Part shown: piece after piece, positions 1 to 6,389 of the stretch
Layout of the letters: each line of letters opens with the position of its first letter
Numbering within the stretch: the first letter of the stretch is position 1
Virus record (IMG/VR): IMGVR_UViG_2651869781_000004
Reading direction: 5' to 3' (one strand)
Length of the DNA stretch: 20,319 nt
Source of the DNA: a virus
Taxonomy: Duplodnaviria > Heunggongvirae > Uroviricota > Caudoviricetes
Made by a program: the position numbers and the translations under genes
The notes under the pieces: generated by a model
What the model saw: the letters and a program-made list of their open reading frames with translations, nothing else
What the model was told of the DNA's origin: nothing
Databases searched by the model: none

Positions 1-2
1 TG

Positions 3-167
3 CTGGTGGCCCGTATGCGCAGCCACAGTTCTGAATATTACCGTGAGATCGTCGAACGGAGGGATCGGCTGGTGAAGGATGTCGATGATTTTGTTGCGTC
101 AGCGGTTGTTTTGTATGACCAGATGAATCGCGGCGGCCCGGCAGGGAATGCTGTGGTGATGCACTAA
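3..167 (+). CDS. 3' end of an upstream gene (5'-truncated by the window edge); hypothetical protein
   Basis: Open frame from the window start to TAA at 165-167 (translation ends ...VLYDQMNRGGPAGNAVVMH*). Lies directly upstream of the replication genes. No family recognised. Confidence 0.3.
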   Translation: MVARMRSHSSEYYREIVERRDRLVKDVDDFVASAVVLYDQMNRGGPAGNAVVMH

Positions 168-189
168 AAGCACGGTGTTCGGGGGTTTT

Positions 190-1122
190 ATGAGCAGCAA
201 GCTTCATGGTCTTGTCTGGGAAGGGTGCGCCTTCACCGGCATGATCTTATCCAGGGTGGCGGTTATGGCCCGTCTTGCAGACTACAGCAATGACGAGGGC
301 GTGTCATGGCCTGCCATTGAAACTATCCGGCGTCAGATCGGTGCAAGAAGTGAATCCACAGTGAAATCGGCTATTGCAGAACTGGCGAAAGAGGGCTGGC
401 TGACGAAGGAAGAGCGTAAGGTCGGTGGGCGTAATGTAAGCAATATCTATCGGCTTAATGTGGAAAAACTCGAAGCAGCTGCGGCGGCGGCGCGTGAGTC
501 ATATAAACCGAAAAGAAAAATTAGCCCGGCAAAAAATGACCCGTTAACAGTTGACCCGTCAAATTTTGATGGATCAACTGTTGATAAAAAACTGCCGATT
601 AGGGGGGCGATGATTGACCCCGATCCGTCAGTATTAAAACCTGATCCGTCAGATAAAAGATCTTCTTGTCCGGACGCTTCGCAACCGGACCCGCAGACGG
701 CTGAACAGAATTTTTTAACCCGACACCCTGACGCGGTTGTGTTCAGTGCGAAAAAACGCCAGTGGGGAAGTCAGGAAGATTTGGTGTGCGCACAGTGGAT
801 CTGGGGACGAATCGTGAGTCTTTACGAGCAGGCGGCCAGCGATGATGGCGAGATCACTAGACCGAAAGAACCCAACTGGACAGCATGGGCCAATGACGTT
901 CGCACAATGCGGATGCTGGATGGCAGAACTCACAGACAAATTTGTGAAATGTTTGGGCGTCTCCAGCGGGATTCGTTCTGGGTAAAAAACATCATGAGTC
1001 CGGCAAAACTCCGGGAAAAATGGGATGAACTGGTTATCCGCCTGGGGCGTTCGCCCGCGCAGCGTTGCGTGAATCACATTTCTGAACCGGACACTGAAAT
1101 ACCGCCGGGATTCAGGGGGTGA
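190..1122 (+). CDS. Phage replication initiation / replisome-organiser protein (winged-helix N-terminus)
   Basis: ORF-track frame 175..1122; ATG at 190 preceded by GGGGG. N-terminus has a winged-helix-like segment (VSWPAIETIRRQIGARSESTVKSAIAELAKEGWL). Positioned immediately upstream of, and 6 bp from, a DnaC-like loader, as in lambdoid O/P-type modules. Confidence 0.55.
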   Translation: MSSKLHGLVWEGCAFTGMILSRVAVMARLADYSNDEGVSWPAIETIRRQIGARSESTVKSAIAELAKEGWLTKEERKVGGRNVSNIYRLNVEKLEAAAAAARESYKPKRKISPAKNDPLTVDPSNFDGSTVDKKLPIRGAMIDPDPSVLKPDPSDKRSSCPDASQPDPQTAEQNFLTRHPDAVVFSAKKRQWGSQEDLVCAQWIWGRIVSLYEQAASDDGEITRPKEPNWTAWANDVRTMRMLDGRTHRQICEMFGRLQRDSFWVKNIMSPAKLREKWDELVIRLGRSPAQRCVNHISEPDTEIPPGFRG

Positions 1123-1128
1123 CGTGTC

Positions 1129-1875
1129 ATGAAAAACATTGCGGCAGTTGGGGTTCTTGAACGTATTCGCAGACTTGCACCACAGGGGTCGGTTCCACCG
1201 TACCGGACGGTGGAGGAGTGGCGGGAATGGCAACTTGCTGAAGGACGAAAACGCAGCGAGGAGATTAACCGCCAGAATCGCCAGTTGCGGGTGGAAAAAA
1301 TCCTGAATCGTTCGGGCATCCAGCCTCTGCACAGCAAATGCTCGTTTGCAAATTATCAGGTGCAGAACGACGGGCAAAAATACGCGCTGAGCCAGGCCAA
1401 ATCCATAGCTGACGAACTGATGACCGGGTGCACGAATTTTGTGTTCAGCGGTAAAACCGGCACCGGGAAAAATCACCTTGCAGCGGCGATGGGCAACCGG
1501 CTGATGGTGAAGGGGCGCAGCGTGATTATCGTCACCGTGTCTGACGTCATGAGCGTGTTGCATGACAGCTACGACAACGGCAAATCCGGGGAAAAATTTT
1601 TACAGGAGCTTTGCGGGGTTGATTTGCTGGTCCTGGATGAAATAGGCGTTCAGCGGGAGACGAAAAACGAGCAGGTGGTATTGCACCAGATAATTGATCG
1701 CCGGACAGCATCACTGTGCAGTGTCGGGATGTTAACAAACCTGAATCATGCCGCAATGAGTACGCTTCTTGGTGAGAGGATTATGGACCGCATGACCATG
1801 AACGGTGGTCGATGGGTGACGTTTAACTGGGATAGCTGGCGTCCAAATGTCAGCAATATGAGGGTTGTGAAGTAA
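1129..1875 (+). CDS. DnaC-like replicative helicase loader (AAA+ ATPase, IstB/DnaC family)
   Basis: Walker A (FSGKTGTGKNHLA) and Walker B (LLVLDEIG). C-terminal MLTNLNHAAMSTLLGERIMDRMTMNGGRWVTFNWDSWR closely resembles the C-terminus of E. coli DnaC. RBS GGGGGTGA before the ATG. Confidence 0.85.
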   Translation: MKNIAAVGVLERIRRLAPQGSVPPYRTVEEWREWQLAEGRKRSEEINRQNRQLRVEKILNRSGIQPLHSKCSFANYQVQNDGQKYALSQAKSIADELMTGCTNFVFSGKTGTGKNHLAAAMGNRLMVKGRSVIIVTVSDVMSVLHDSYDNGKSGEKFLQELCGVDLLVLDEIGVQRETKNEQVVLHQIIDRRTASLCSVGMLTNLNHAAMSTLLGERIMDRMTMNGGRWVTFNWDSWRPNVSNMRVVK

Positions 1876-1896
1876 TTTTGTCCGGAGGAAATTTTA

Positions 1897-2667
1897 ATGG
1901 AAACCGTATCTGACGCACTGAAAGCACTGAAAAAAGCCTCTTCACATGTGGTGGCAGCTCGCCTTGGAATCAGTCGTGAAGAGGCTGTCAACGAGCTGTG
2001 GGAACTCAAAAGAAATGGCGTCGTTGATAAAACTGGTCACACCTGGTTTCTGGCTGGCGAAGGTGAATCCCGGGTAACCGAAGAGCGGCCAGTAAAATCT
2101 GAAGCACAGGATATGCTGACCGGGGAGGTCGAACAAAAAGTTACCGCAGACATGATGATTGAGTTTATCGGTCAGGATGGGGCTAAAACGTGTGAGGAAC
2201 TGGCGGGTAAGTTCGGTGTCAGTACTCGCAAGGTTGCTTCCACGCTGGCGGTGGTAACCGCAACGGGGCGGCTGGCACGCGTTAATCAGAACGGTAAATT
2301 TCGTTACTGCATGCCGGGCGATAATTTACCAGCAGAGCCGAAAGCCGCGCTGGTAACGGAAAGTGATGGTAAGGCCTTTCCTCAGCCAGCAGGTGCTGCG
2401 TTACCAGGCCGGGAAGCCGCAACACAGGAAGAAATTAAAACAGAAACTGTGGCGGACATTGTGCAGTCGTTGCCATCGTTTACCGAAACGCAAGCAGATG
2501 AGCTGATTTTTCCGTCCCTGCGCAGGGCAAACCTGGCGCTGCGCAGGGTGAAAAGTGATGTTCAGAAGTGGGAGCGAGTCTGCGCCGCGCTGCGGGAGCT
2601 GAACAAGCACCGGGATATTGTTCGACAGATTACTGATTCTTCCCGCCGTGTTGTATCGGAAAAGTGA
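1897..2667 (+). CDS. Hypothetical protein with two winged-helix-like repeats
   Basis: 256-aa ORF with GGAGG about 10 nt upstream of the ATG. Two internally similar HTH-like segments (LGISREEAVNELWELKRNGVV and AGKFGVSTRKVASTLAVVTATGRL). No confident family assignment. Confidence 0.55.
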   Translation: METVSDALKALKKASSHVVAARLGISREEAVNELWELKRNGVVDKTGHTWFLAGEGESRVTEERPVKSEAQDMLTGEVEQKVTADMMIEFIGQDGAKTCEELAGKFGVSTRKVASTLAVVTATGRLARVNQNGKFRYCMPGDNLPAEPKAALVTESDGKAFPQPAGAALPGREAATQEEIKTETVADIVQSLPSFTETQADELIFPSLRRANLALRRVKSDVQKWERVCAALRELNKHRDIVRQITDSSRRVVSEK

Positions 2668-2682
2668 TTGCCGGAGGCGCTT

Positions 2683-3105
2683 ATGGCAAAAGTATTTACA
2701 CAAGAAGAGCGGGAAAAAATTAAAGGGCAGGTTGTTGAGCTAGTACGCCGGAGTGGGCGCGAGACGTTACGGCAACTGGAAGCCAAGACAGGTGCGACAA
2801 GATATCTGATGAGTGTTCTCGCCAGAGAGCTGGTTGCCAGTGGCGATGTATACAACTCTGGTTACGGGTTATTCCCGTCTGAACAGGCGCGTAAGGACTG
2901 GCAAAACGCCCGCAAAAAACTCTCAAGGGCAAATCTGAAGAAACCATCTGTGGTTGATCCTGACCTTATCTGGCCATTACCAGACGGAGAAATACGCCGC
3001 TACGACAGGCGTCAAAACATAATCTGTAGCGAGTGCCGGAAGAGCGAAGCTATGCAGCGTGTACTGGCTTTCTATCAGGGTAATTTTCAGAAGGTGCTGT
3101 TGTGA
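2683..3105 (+). CDS. Hypothetical protein
   Basis: ORF-track frame 2668..3105; ATG at 2683 preceded by GGAGG (6-nt spacing). 140 aa, basic, with CxxC near the C-terminus (CSECRK). Confidence 0.5.
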   Translation: MAKVFTQEEREKIKGQVVELVRRSGRETLRQLEAKTGATRYLMSVLARELVASGDVYNSGYGLFPSEQARKDWQNARKKLSRANLKKPSVVDPDLIWPLPDGEIRRYDRRQNIICSECRKSEAMQRVLAFYQGNFQKVLL

Positions 3106-3144
3106 GCCAAATTAACAATCGGAACTTCGTGAAGAGAAAGCATA

Positions 3145-3202
3145 ATCCAAATCTGAATAATTAAGTTCAGCACTGTAAATAAAATTTAATCCTTAACTGG
3201 AG
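3145..3202. repeat. About 58-bp gene-junction element, copy 1 (aatccaaatctgaataattaagttcagcactgtaaataaaatttaatccttaactggagg)
   Basis: About 85% identical to a second copy at 4411-4468. Both end in GGAGG; copy 2 begins in the last codons and stop of the upstream gene. Confidence 0.6.
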
Positions 3203-3210
3203 GTATATCT

Positions 3211-3423
3211 ATGTCAAATACACAGAAAATTATTAACACTGAAAAATATAACGAGTGGGTGAAAAAATTCTCTGAGCAGATTTTTAAAATTACTGGCGAC
3301 GAGAATGTGGCAAAAAATGAATTGGAACCGTGGACACCTGAAGGAAACGCACCAAATTATTGCTGGTGGGAGGTTGATCCGGTTGATGCTGCAAATGAAG
3401 CCATGAGTTACCACAACGATTAA
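3211..3423 (+). CDS. Hypothetical small protein (70 aa)
   Basis: ORF with the GGAGG of the junction repeat 8 nt upstream. AT-rich codon usage, moron-like. No family recognised. Confidence 0.45.
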   Translation: MSNTQKIINTEKYNEWVKKFSEQIFKITGDENVAKNELEPWTPEGNAPNYCWWEVDPVDAANEAMSYHND

Positions 3424-3428
3424 TGTCG

Positions 3429-3451
3429 GGAGGCCGCCCGAAAGGGCGGTA
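3429..3451 (+). promoter_or_regulatory. SD-embedded GAAA-tetraloop hairpin (ggaggccgcccgaaagggcggta), copy 1
   Basis: Stem GCCGCCC / GGGCGGT closing a GAAA loop. The GGAGG overlaps the 5' base of the stem and the next ATG (3456) lies 5 nt after the stem. Identical 23-mer at 4493-4515. Confidence 0.5.
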
Positions 3452-3455
3452 AGAA

Positions 3456-3674
3456 ATGACTACATTATTCAGAAAAGAATATCCGCAAAAAAGTAGGGCG
3501 ACAGAATTTTTGTTTCTCATTCTGTTTATCGTATTGATGATACCGATATCCCCTCTAATTTTTGTCTGGGCAATCGGGAAAATAATTGAGCCAGTTACTG
3601 AATTGTATAACGACGTGGTATGGGCGTCATTCAACACACTGCACAATAAAATTAATCCGTATAAGGAAAACTGA
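3456..3674 (+). CDS. Small hydrophobic (membrane) protein, 72 aa
   Basis: ORF immediately after the hairpin. Central hydrophobic stretch FLFLILFIVLMIPISPLIFVWAIG consistent with one or two transmembrane helices. Confidence 0.4.
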   Translation: MTTLFRKEYPQKSRATEFLFLILFIVLMIPISPLIFVWAIGKIIEPVTELYNDVVWASFNTLHNKINPYKEN

Positions 3675-3675
3675 T

Positions 3676-3939
3676 ATGGCAACTTTGACAAAAAAAGAAC
3701 GGGCATGGTTGAACGAATTACAGGAAGTTCTTGATCGCTGTCCATCACCGAAAAAAATTGGCTTTTACACCATTGGCGATAAAAGCATTTACCTGTATGA
3801 CCTACGCCGCATGGATGAAATCATGGAGGCTCTTGATAATCGTTCGTCGATGGATTGGTGTGTTGCTGTTCATGATATGAATGCAGGGTTTGATGAAAAG
3901 ATTTTGTTCCCCTCATCAGTTGAAAGCACTGCGGGTTAA
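3676..3939 (+). CDS. Hypothetical protein (87 aa)
   Basis: In frame with ORF-track 3586..3939. ATG at 3676 is preceded by AAGGA and sits 1 nt after the stop of the previous gene, consistent with translational coupling. Confidence 0.45.
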   Translation: MATLTKKERAWLNELQEVLDRCPSPKKIGFYTIGDKSIYLYDLRRMDEIMEALDNRSSMDWCVAVHDMNAGFDEKILFPSSVESTAG

Positions 3940-3949
3940 GGAGTAACAC

Positions 3950-4093
3950 ATGACCACTATTACCAAAGAACGTATTGAATTGTTCATTAAATTTTCAGGA
4001 GGCGGTACTGTGAGTGAAATTAGCTATCAGGCTTCAATTACCGCTGGCATTCGCATCAAAGGAGAGGAGCATGGAAATAAAACCAGAGGATGA
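3950..4093 (+). CDS. Possible small ORF (47 aa)
   Basis: ATG at 3950 with AAGGAG 6 nt upstream; ends TGA 4091-4093, overlapping the next gene's start. Below the ORF-track size cut-off; read by eye. Confidence 0.25.
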   Translation: MTTITKERIELFIKFSGGGTVSEISYQASITAGIRIKGEEHGNKTRG

Positions 4094-4427
4094 GTTAAGC
4101 AATATCGTTTTATTTCCGGTAAAAGAGGATGACCCTCGTAATCAGGTTAATTTTCTTTATGAGCCATCGGAAAGACCATATTGTCATCACGCCTCTGTCC
4201 GGGTTGACGAAAAAGAGCGTCAGGTCCGCTGTAAAATCTGCGGTGCAGTTGTGGAACCATTTGACTGGATGCTCTCTGTGGCGAAAAGAGAAACCAGACT
4301 GGCAGATGATGTAAGGCTCTTGCGTCAGGAGGAGCGGGAAAGGCGAAAAAATATAGAAAAGCTAATTCAGATTGAGCGTAACGCGAAAGCGCGGATACGC
4401 AGGGCGACAAAATCCAGAACTGAATAA
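4071..4427 (+). CDS. Hypothetical protein with a possible zinc-ribbon (CHH...CKIC) and basic coiled C-terminus
   Basis: ORF-track frame 4014..4427; ATG at 4071 preceded by AGGAGAGGAG. Cys/His cluster YCHHASVRVDEKERQVRCKICG; C-terminal RQEERERRKNIEKLIQIERNAKARIRR. Confidence 0.5.
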   Translation: MEIKPEDELSNIVLFPVKEDDPRNQVNFLYEPSERPYCHHASVRVDEKERQVRCKICGAVVEPFDWMLSVAKRETRLADDVRLLRQEERERRKNIEKLIQIERNAKARIRRATKSRTE

Positions 4428-4468
4428 TTAAATTTAGCTCTGTTAAAAATTTAATCCTTAACCGGAGG
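4411..4468. repeat. About 58-bp gene-junction element, copy 2
   Basis: aatccagaactgaataattaaatttagctctgttaaaaatttaatccttaaccggagg; aligns with 3145-3202. Confidence 0.6.
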
Positions 4469-4492
4469 GATTTCTGCACCCTCAGAACATCA

Positions 4493-4515
4493 GGAGGCCG
4501 CCCGAAAGGGCGGTA
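4493..4515 (+). promoter_or_regulatory. SD-embedded GAAA-tetraloop hairpin, copy 2 (identical 23-mer)
   Basis: ggaggccgcccgaaagggcggta is identical to 3429-3451. The next ATG (4521) is 6 nt after the stem. Confidence 0.5.
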
Positions 4516-4520
4516 GTTAA

Positions 4521-4703
4521 ATGCGAAAGTTTAAAATAATTATTGAAACGGGAATAGCCGGTGGAGATTTCGAGGATGAATTCGAAGTGGATGATGATGC
4601 GACGCCTGATGAAATACATGACGAAGCAAAAGATATTTTCTTTAACTACTGCAATTACTCATATCACGAAATAAAAGACGAAGAGGAAGAACAAAATGGC
4701 TGA
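4521..4703 (+). CDS. Highly acidic small protein (60 aa)
   Basis: ORF after hairpin copy 2. Very D/E-rich (GDFEDEFEVDDDATPDEIHDE...KDEEEEQNG). Confidence 0.4.
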   Translation: MRKFKIIIETGIAGGDFEDEFEVDDDATPDEIHDEAKDIFFNYCNYSYHEIKDEEEEQNG

Positions 4704-4872
4704 TTTTGGTTCAACTAAATACAACGTCGGTTTTGAAGAATGGCATGAACTGTTAATGGACTATGCAGAGTTATGTGGTGGCAGTGCTGCTGATGCTGAA
4801 GCATGGCGTGATGATTATGAAGCAGGAAAAACTCCGGTCGAAGCATATTGTGATGAGTGGGGCGATGAATGA
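4696..4872 (+). CDS. Acidic small protein (58 aa)
   Basis: ATG at 4696 overlaps the end of the previous ORF by 8 nt. MADFGSTKYNVGFEEWHELLMDYAELCGGSAADAEAWRDDYEAGKTPVEAYCDEWGDE; read by eye, below the track cut-off. Confidence 0.4.
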   Translation: MADFGSTKYNVGFEEWHELLMDYAELCGGSAADAEAWRDDYEAGKTPVEAYCDEWGDE

Positions 4873-5184
4873 GCGAGGTTAATTATCAGGAAGGGCATGA
4901 AACGGCGGGGCAAGCAAAAACAGTGGCATGGCGATATCGCTACGTGAAAAAAAGGCGTTACGGACTTTCAGGGGAAGTAGTGGTCTGGTGACTGGAAATA
5001 TGTACCGAAAAAAGAGGATTGTAACGACAGGCCGAACTATGAAATTCAGGCCTTATTCACTGCCCCGCCAGTCCCGGTTACATCAGAAGAACTGGTTAAA
5101 GCTGTGCACTTTTATGAACAACTAAAATGCGAAAATCCACCAGCATCCGGAAACCTGATTACAGATTCCCAGATAAGGCAATGA
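4869..5184 (+). pseudogene. Possible frameshifted gene: a 40-codon ORF (4869-4991) continuing in the +1 frame to 5184
   Basis: ATG 4869 overlaps the previous stop (ATGA). The frame stops at TGA 4989-4991, but the +1 frame stays open from 4981 to TGA 5182-5184 with protein-like sequence (DWKYVPKKEDCNDRPNYEIQALFTAPPVPVTSEELVKAVHFYEQLKCENPP...) and no start codon of its own. Confidence 0.25.
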
Positions 5185-5354
5185 GCTACCTGGCGCAGAA
5201 CGGGCTGATAAGTATGGGGAATGTTTTACGATGAATATTTAGACTAAAGAGTTTGTAACGCTATGTAAGTGATTTTTTCTGGTTTAGATATTTATATGTC
5301 CGGCTAAATTGAGGTGTGTTTAAATGTTATTGCACATTGATTGTAGGGGGAATA

Positions 5355-5534
5355 ATGAAAAACGCATTGCAGTTTTTGTTTGTTGCGTTCTGGTTGTTCG
5401 CATCATGTATGCCCATCATCTTCACAGCAAGGTATATGGAAAAAGTTGATGTTTTGATATTAATGTTTGGACATATAAATGCCCTTTTTTTAGGGGTGTT
5501 CATGGCGGTCATGTGCATTGAATACTGGCGGTAA
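5355..5534 (+). CDS. Small hydrophobic protein (59 aa)
   Basis: ORF-track frame 5316..5534; ATG at 5355 follows GGGGG. Two hydrophobic segments (FLFVAFWLFASCMPIIF and LFLGVFMAVMCI) in very AT-rich surroundings. Confidence 0.3.
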   Translation: MKNALQFLFVAFWLFASCMPIIFTARYMEKVDVLILMFGHINALFLGVFMAVMCIEYWR

Positions 5535-5588
5535 ATACAGCGAACGCCATTGGTTTAGTTGGATATTTACTGTGCCGGACAAAAACGG

Positions 5589-5617
5589 TTTGCGGGGAAA
5601 TCTTAGTTAAGTAGAAT
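5589..5617 (+). promoter_or_regulatory. Putative sigma70 promoter of the hok mRNA (TTTGCG - 17 nt - TAGAAT)
   Basis: -35-like TTTGCG (5589-5594) and -10-like TAGAAT (5612-5617). The predicted start (about 5624) coincides with the 5' element that is complementary to the hok 3' end. Confidence 0.35.
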
Positions 5618-5689
5618 GACTGCGGGTGCTTGAGGCTATCTGTCTCAGGCATGAACACCAAAAGGCAGATAGAGAAAAGCCCCAGTTAA

Positions 5690-5780
5690 CATTACGCGTC
5701 CTGCAAGACGCTTAACATTAATCTGAGGCCATATCTATGCGACACATAGAGATTAGCCTCTTACGGACCGAAAGGTCAAG
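5690..5780 (-). ncRNA. Candidate Sok-like antisense RNA region (approximate)
   Basis: Expected by analogy with hok/sok loci. Minus strand has TTGACC (complement of 5774-5779) and a GCGTC-N6-GACGC hairpin at 5696-5711. The -10 is weak and boundaries are not determined. Confidence 0.2.
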
Positions 5781-5796
5781 GAGAAGCAGGCTATGA
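5737..5796 (+). CDS. Short leader ORF (19 codons) ending on the hok start codon; mok-like coupling ORF
   Basis: ATG 5737 with TGAGG 9 nt upstream; its TGA stop (5794-5796) overlaps the hok ATG (5793-5795). Shorter than a typical mok. Confidence 0.3.
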   Translation: MRHIEISLLRTERSRRSRL

Positions 5797-5948
5797 AGCA
5801 GCAAAAGGCGATGTTAATCGCCCTGATCGTCATCTGTTTAACCGTCATAGTGACGGCACTGGTAACGAGGAAAGACCTCTGCGAGGTACGAATCCGAACC
5901 GGCCAGACGGAGGTCGCTGTCTTCACAGCTTACGAACCTGAGGAGTAA
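5793..5948 (+). CDS. hok: Hok/Gef-family type I toxin (51 aa membrane peptide)
   Basis: MKQQKAMLIALIVICLTVIVTALVTRKDLCEVRIRTGQTEVAVFTAYEPEE is the Hok/Gef family signature and is nearly identical to HokD/RelF as recalled. Good SD (AAGGAGAAG) upstream. Confidence 0.9.
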   Translation: MKQQKAMLIALIVICLTVIVTALVTRKDLCEVRIRTGQTEVAVFTAYEPEE

Positions 5949-6016
5949 GAGACCAGGCGAGGGGGAAATCCCTCGCCACCTCTGATGAGTCAGGCATCCT
6001 CAACGCACCCGCACTT

Positions 6017-6043
6017 AACCCGCTTCGGCGGGTTTTGTTTTTT
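6017..6043 (+). terminator. Rho-independent terminator of the hok transcript
   Basis: aacccgc-ttcg-gcgggtt followed by TTTTGTTTTTT. Confidence 0.7.
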
Positions 6044-6115
6044 CCTGGCATTCTGGTTTACAATTCGCACGTCAGCCTGAACACCTGACACCTGCTGCGC
6101 CAGTAGAGAAAACAG

Positions 6116-6388
6116 ATGGCGCACAAAACCAAATTTCACAATTCTGATACCGACCTTGCCATCCGGCATGGGCGGCGTTCACACGCATTTAAAACCGACT
6201 GGTACCAACACCCACCATGTACTGAAGAACAGGCCGAATGGCTAATTCATAACTACCGCAGACGCGGATACGAGATTAAGAAAGCCCTCAGCCTCGATTA
6301 TCGTCACTGGATAATCTATGTCAGGCTCCCTTATTCCGAACGCCCACCGCGTCCGTCCCGCACATTCCAGCAACGCATCTGGAGGTAA
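6116..6388 (+). CDS. Small prophage protein, positionally equivalent to Rem of the Qin prophage
   Basis: 90-aa ORF whose stop (6386-6388) lies 1 nt before the GTG start of the next gene. Sits between hok and a YdfU-like gene, as rem does in Qin. Sequence identity to Rem not verified. Confidence 0.5.
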   Translation: MAHKTKFHNSDTDLAIRHGRRSHAFKTDWYQHPPCTEEQAEWLIHNYRRRGYEIKKALSLDYRHWIIYVRLPYSERPPRPSRTFQQRIWR

Positions 6389-6389
6389 C

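Noticed and set aside
715-1563. 282-aa minus-strand ORF (and 1074-1337 minus) overlapping the replication initiator and DnaC-like genes
   Set aside because: Antisense to two well-supported genes with recognisable motifs. No RBS, and the composition is typical of a shadow ORF of GC-rich coding sequence.
4981-4995. RF2-type programmed +1 frameshift at the TGG-TGA-C site
   Set aside because: The prfB-like motif (CUU UGA C with an SD 3 nt upstream) is not present: the codon before the stop is UGG and the nearest SD-like sequence is too far away. A mutation or sequencing error is more parsimonious.
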